Under the pieces are notes generated by a model. The model searched no databases and had not been told where the DNA came from. It worked only from the letters and a program-made list of their open reading frames with translations. A stretch of 64,000 nucleotides of DNA from Felis catus (lineage: Eukaryota): assembly GCF_018350175.1 (NCBI RefSeq), contig NC_058368.1, positions 90,708,001-90,772,000 on the forward strand. Direction: 5' to 3'. Shown here in pieces: positions 60,821 to 64,000 of this stretch (position 1 is its first letter; each line of letters starts with the position of its first letter). The translations under genes and the position numbers were made by a program.

Positions 60821-61751
60821 AATAGTGTGCAAATCCACATATATAGCTCTTGGCTGCAGTATTATCTTACACGCATGTGGACAAATGTCCAGATACACAC
60901 ATGTATCATGCCTGCAGCTGGGCTTACCTCTGTGAAGGGAATGCTGGGCTTGGGAGGCTCCAGGGTGCCTGCAGCTTTATTTGTGGTGTTTCAGATGTTG
61001 TGTCAATATCAAAGAAATAAGCAGACTGCGATCTCTCCCTTTCCATTCAGAAGAGGCCACCTCATCGGCAGGTGGTGAGCACAGCCTGTCTCCAGTCTTG
61101 CCCTTCTCAGTGTTTGAGGCACACTCTGGCCGGCTTGGCCAAAACTGGGACACTGGCTCTCCCTGTGTCCACATGCTTTGGAGGGTTAGGAGCCTTCCAA
61201 CTGAGTGGTGAGATGGAGCCCCAGGGCACTGGCCCTAGGTCTGCCCACTGTGTGCCCGTCAGCCCACCCCATCATCAGCTTTTGGTCTGGCTGCCTCTCT
61301 GGTCTTGTCTCTCCCAGTCATTGGGGTCTGCTCCTCTGCCTTCCCTCAGACTTCAATCCTGCCTGTCTCCCTGCCTCTCTGCTCCTCTGGCCTGGAGGGG
61401 CTAGGTTCACACCCTGGTGAATCAGGTGCATGTCTCCTAAAGTTCATGGCAGGGTTACAGCCCAGGGAGGGCAATTGTCAAGTGGCTCACCAATGTCCCA
61501 GAGCCACTGTGGCCAGGCCAACTGCAAGGAGCTGACTGAGCCACATGCAGGGACTTCAGAGGGACTTTGTCAGGCCTCGGTCTTCCTTTACACACAAGGC
61601 CAACATTTAGGAGTCCATGGCGAATGCTTGCTGAGATTCAGACTATGGAGGTGAGAATTAAAGCAGACAGGTGGCTTCCAAGGCTTGGTCCTGAAATGGT
61701 TCAGGGGGCTTTGTCCATGGGTACCTTGCCAGCCAAAGGGTGAATGATGAG

Positions 61752-62010
61752 GTTGGTGGGAGGTGCTTCCACTGTGACCAGGGGTTGGGTGGTGCTCCCA
61801 CGTGGATGAGAGTGGACAAGTGTGGACAAGAGGGTGGGTGGTACTCCCAGTGTGGACAGGGTGGTGGGTGATACTCTTCTGTGGTTGGGGGTGGTATTCC
61901 CAGTGAGGACCTGGCGGGGTAGTACTCCCACTTGGACAGGGGCAGTGCTCCCACTGTGAGTCCCAGTGTAGACCAGGGTGGCATTCTGAATGCAGATAGC
62001 TGGTGTGGAC
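61752..62010. repeat. degenerate ~28-bp G-rich minisatellite
   Basis: Recurring ggtg-gt(a/g)ctccca(g/c)tgtggaca(g/a)gg units. Confidence 0.7.
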
Positions 62011-63139
62011 AAGGGGCCGTCACAGGTAGGGGGGCTGTGACATCCCTGACTTGCTTAGTTCAATGGGAATGTAAATTACTCTCAGCAACTCACTTATGCA
62101 AAGAAAATGGAAACATTCCTGAATCCCCTGGCAGCCACCAGGAGAAAGAATTAAACGGAAAACAAACCAACCAATTCTTCCTTTTCCCTGTGGGCCTGGG
62201 GGTCTGGAGGACAGAAGAGGAAGTGAATTGCTGACTCCCTTTGTCCAGAAGCCACTGTTCCCTGGGGGCCTTGTCCTGCCCCTTCTCTGCACGGGAAGTT
62301 GTGCGGGAAGTTGTGTGAGGCAGGAGGGCTCAGCCAGCAGCGCAGTCCTGGCTATCTAGGAAGATGAGCCACACCTGTCTGTGACGCCAGCATCCTGGGC
62401 ACCCTGGGCTGGCAGGAGCCCCCGGTCTGCCTGCAGGCTCTGTCTGCATGCCTGGCCACCACCACCATCACTTGCATCCTTTACAGCCTCGATGTTTGCC
62501 TTGTGCCCTGGCTTGCTTGATGGGGCCCGGATCTGGATCTGGATCTGGATCTTGATGAGAGCCGCCTGGGGCACCATTAGTCTGAGGGCCTCCTCAGACC
62601 AGTCCATGACTCCAGTCCAGGGTACTGGGTGGGGGTCCCCTCTCCTCAGTAGCCCAAGCAACTCTTTCTGGCAGCATCCTCTGTCCTCCTCCCAGCTGGA
62701 AGGGGCCGCACCTGGACATGTGCCCTTTTGCCCAGGTGGGCTGTCACAGAGGGTCATGGCACCAGGGTGCTGGCCAGTGGCAATGCAGCCCCTGGACTTT
62801 GCAGCTTGGGCAGTGAGGGCAGGCGCCTCCGCTGGATGGGAGACAAGGCAGGAAGCTAGAGCGGTTGCCTCTCGAGGTCATGAGGCAGGGAGCATAGCTG
62901 GAAGCTGGGCTACCCAGAACTGCTCAGGGAGAGCTGCTGGTCCAGCATGCAGTGACAGACAGGGCCCTAGTGGGCCAGCTGGTGAGGACAGGCAGAGTCC
63001 CAGAGTTGTGGGTGGGCCCAGGAAGACTCTGAGTAGTCCAGGAATGCCAGGGACGCCAAGCTGCAGACCCTGATGGGGGAGTCACAGATATGAGTCTGAG
63101 GCTATGTACAGACTACCTGCAGCAGCCATTGAGGCAGGC

Positions 63140-63195
63140 CTGGGCTCTCTGAGACTTAACTTTCCAATCTGCAGAATGGGGACAGTAATATTTAC
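63140..63195 (+). mobile_element. MIR core fragment
   Basis: tctctgagacttaactttccaatctgcagaatggggacagtaata. Confidence 0.6.
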
Positions 63196-63235
63196 TGTGG
63201 AGCTGGTCCTAGGCTTCCATAAGCTAAAGGCTATA

Positions 63236-63455
63236 GGGGTGCCTGGGTGGCTCAGTTGGTTGAGCATCTGACTTCGGCTCAGGTCATGATCTCACAGTCT
63301 GCGAGTTTGAGCCCCCTGTCAGGCTCTGTGCTGACAGCTCGGAGCCTGGAGCCTACTTTGGATTCTGTGTCTCCCTCTCTCTCTCCCCTTCCCCTGCTTG
63401 CACTCTCTCTCTCTCTCTCTAAAAAAAAAAAATGTTAAAAAAATAAAATAAATAA
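63236..63455 (+). mobile_element. Can-SINE
   Basis: TSD ctaaaggct(a/g)ta. Confidence 0.95.
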
Positions 63456-64000
63456 CTAAAGGCTGTAAAGGGTCCAACTCTGACCTGAGGTCCAAAGTAT
63501 GGGGCCAGCCTTTCAGCAGGGAAGGCGATGGCTCAGAAAGGAATTCTTTACAAGGGAAGAAACCCAGGTCCCACTCAGGCTGGCCTTTTCCCTTGGGCCC
63601 TCCTGGCATCTGACCCTCTCCAGAATGAACACATATTGTGTGTGTTGGGCTGGCAAAGGGTGTCACCCCTTCTGTAACCCTGGGAAATGAGGACCAGAAT
63701 GCTCTCGGTTTTCCAGATGAGACCCCGCAAAGATCAGGGAAGCGTGGCCCCTGCCCATGGTCAAGCCATGGGAGAAGCACAGAGGTGAATTGGGAGGCCA
63801 GCCCAGCACGAGAGCTGATAGCAAATGTAATCTGGGTCTTGAGGAGCTGAGGGCAGGCTAGGCCAGTAGGAGCCCTCACCAGGGAGAGGGGGCCTGCTGC
63901 ACACGGTGTCCTGGGAGAAGGGGGAGGGGAGCGGATCAGGAAATGTGTGCCTGGATGCAGGGGAGGGAGGGGCTGGCAGATCCTCTCGGGGTCCCCAGAG

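Noticed and set aside
62381..63073. 230-aa ORF in GC-rich unique DNA
   Set aside because: GTG start, W/P/S/A-rich composition, (GGATCT)n insert, no recognisable family; expected by chance at this GC content.
2445..63455. Many recurring MAQSVKRPTSAQVMIS... ORFs and tRNA-like A/B boxes
   Set aside because: These are Can-SINE heads, not a gene family, tRNA genes or CRISPR repeats; there is no regular repeat-spacer array or intact cloverleaf.

Overview
Non-coding, repeat-dense mammalian genomic DNA from a felid (cat family), identified by about 70 tRNA-derived Can-SINEs of felid type and felid/carnivore L1 3' ends. I found no credible protein-coding gene, RNA gene, CpG island or CRISPR array. 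The supplied ORFs come from SINEs, microsatellites, decayed L1 ORF2 or chance GC-rich frames. The first ~21 kb is a deeply nested stack of ancient L1/HAL1-like elements, MaLR/ERV LTRs and younger SINE/L1 insertions. The rest mixes repeats (Charlie1 hAT fossil, MLT1, MER74-like, L2, MIR) with GC-rich unique stretches that may hold enhancers. Best observations: (1) a young, CpG-rich 523-bp betaretrovirus-like solo LTR with a perfect 6-bp TSD at 58599-59121, last in a datable L1>SINE>SINE>LTR nest; (2) a 197-bp, ~98% identical templated duplication (37078-37274 copied from 39094-39290); (3) strong minus-strand bias of SINEs over 20-61 kb; (4) rearranged L1 fossils, including an in-frame endonuclease-to-C-terminus fusion. 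I see no evidence of a wholly new biological system. Repeat subfamily names are from recalled consensus similarity, not a database search, and most boundaries are approximate unless a TSD is given.
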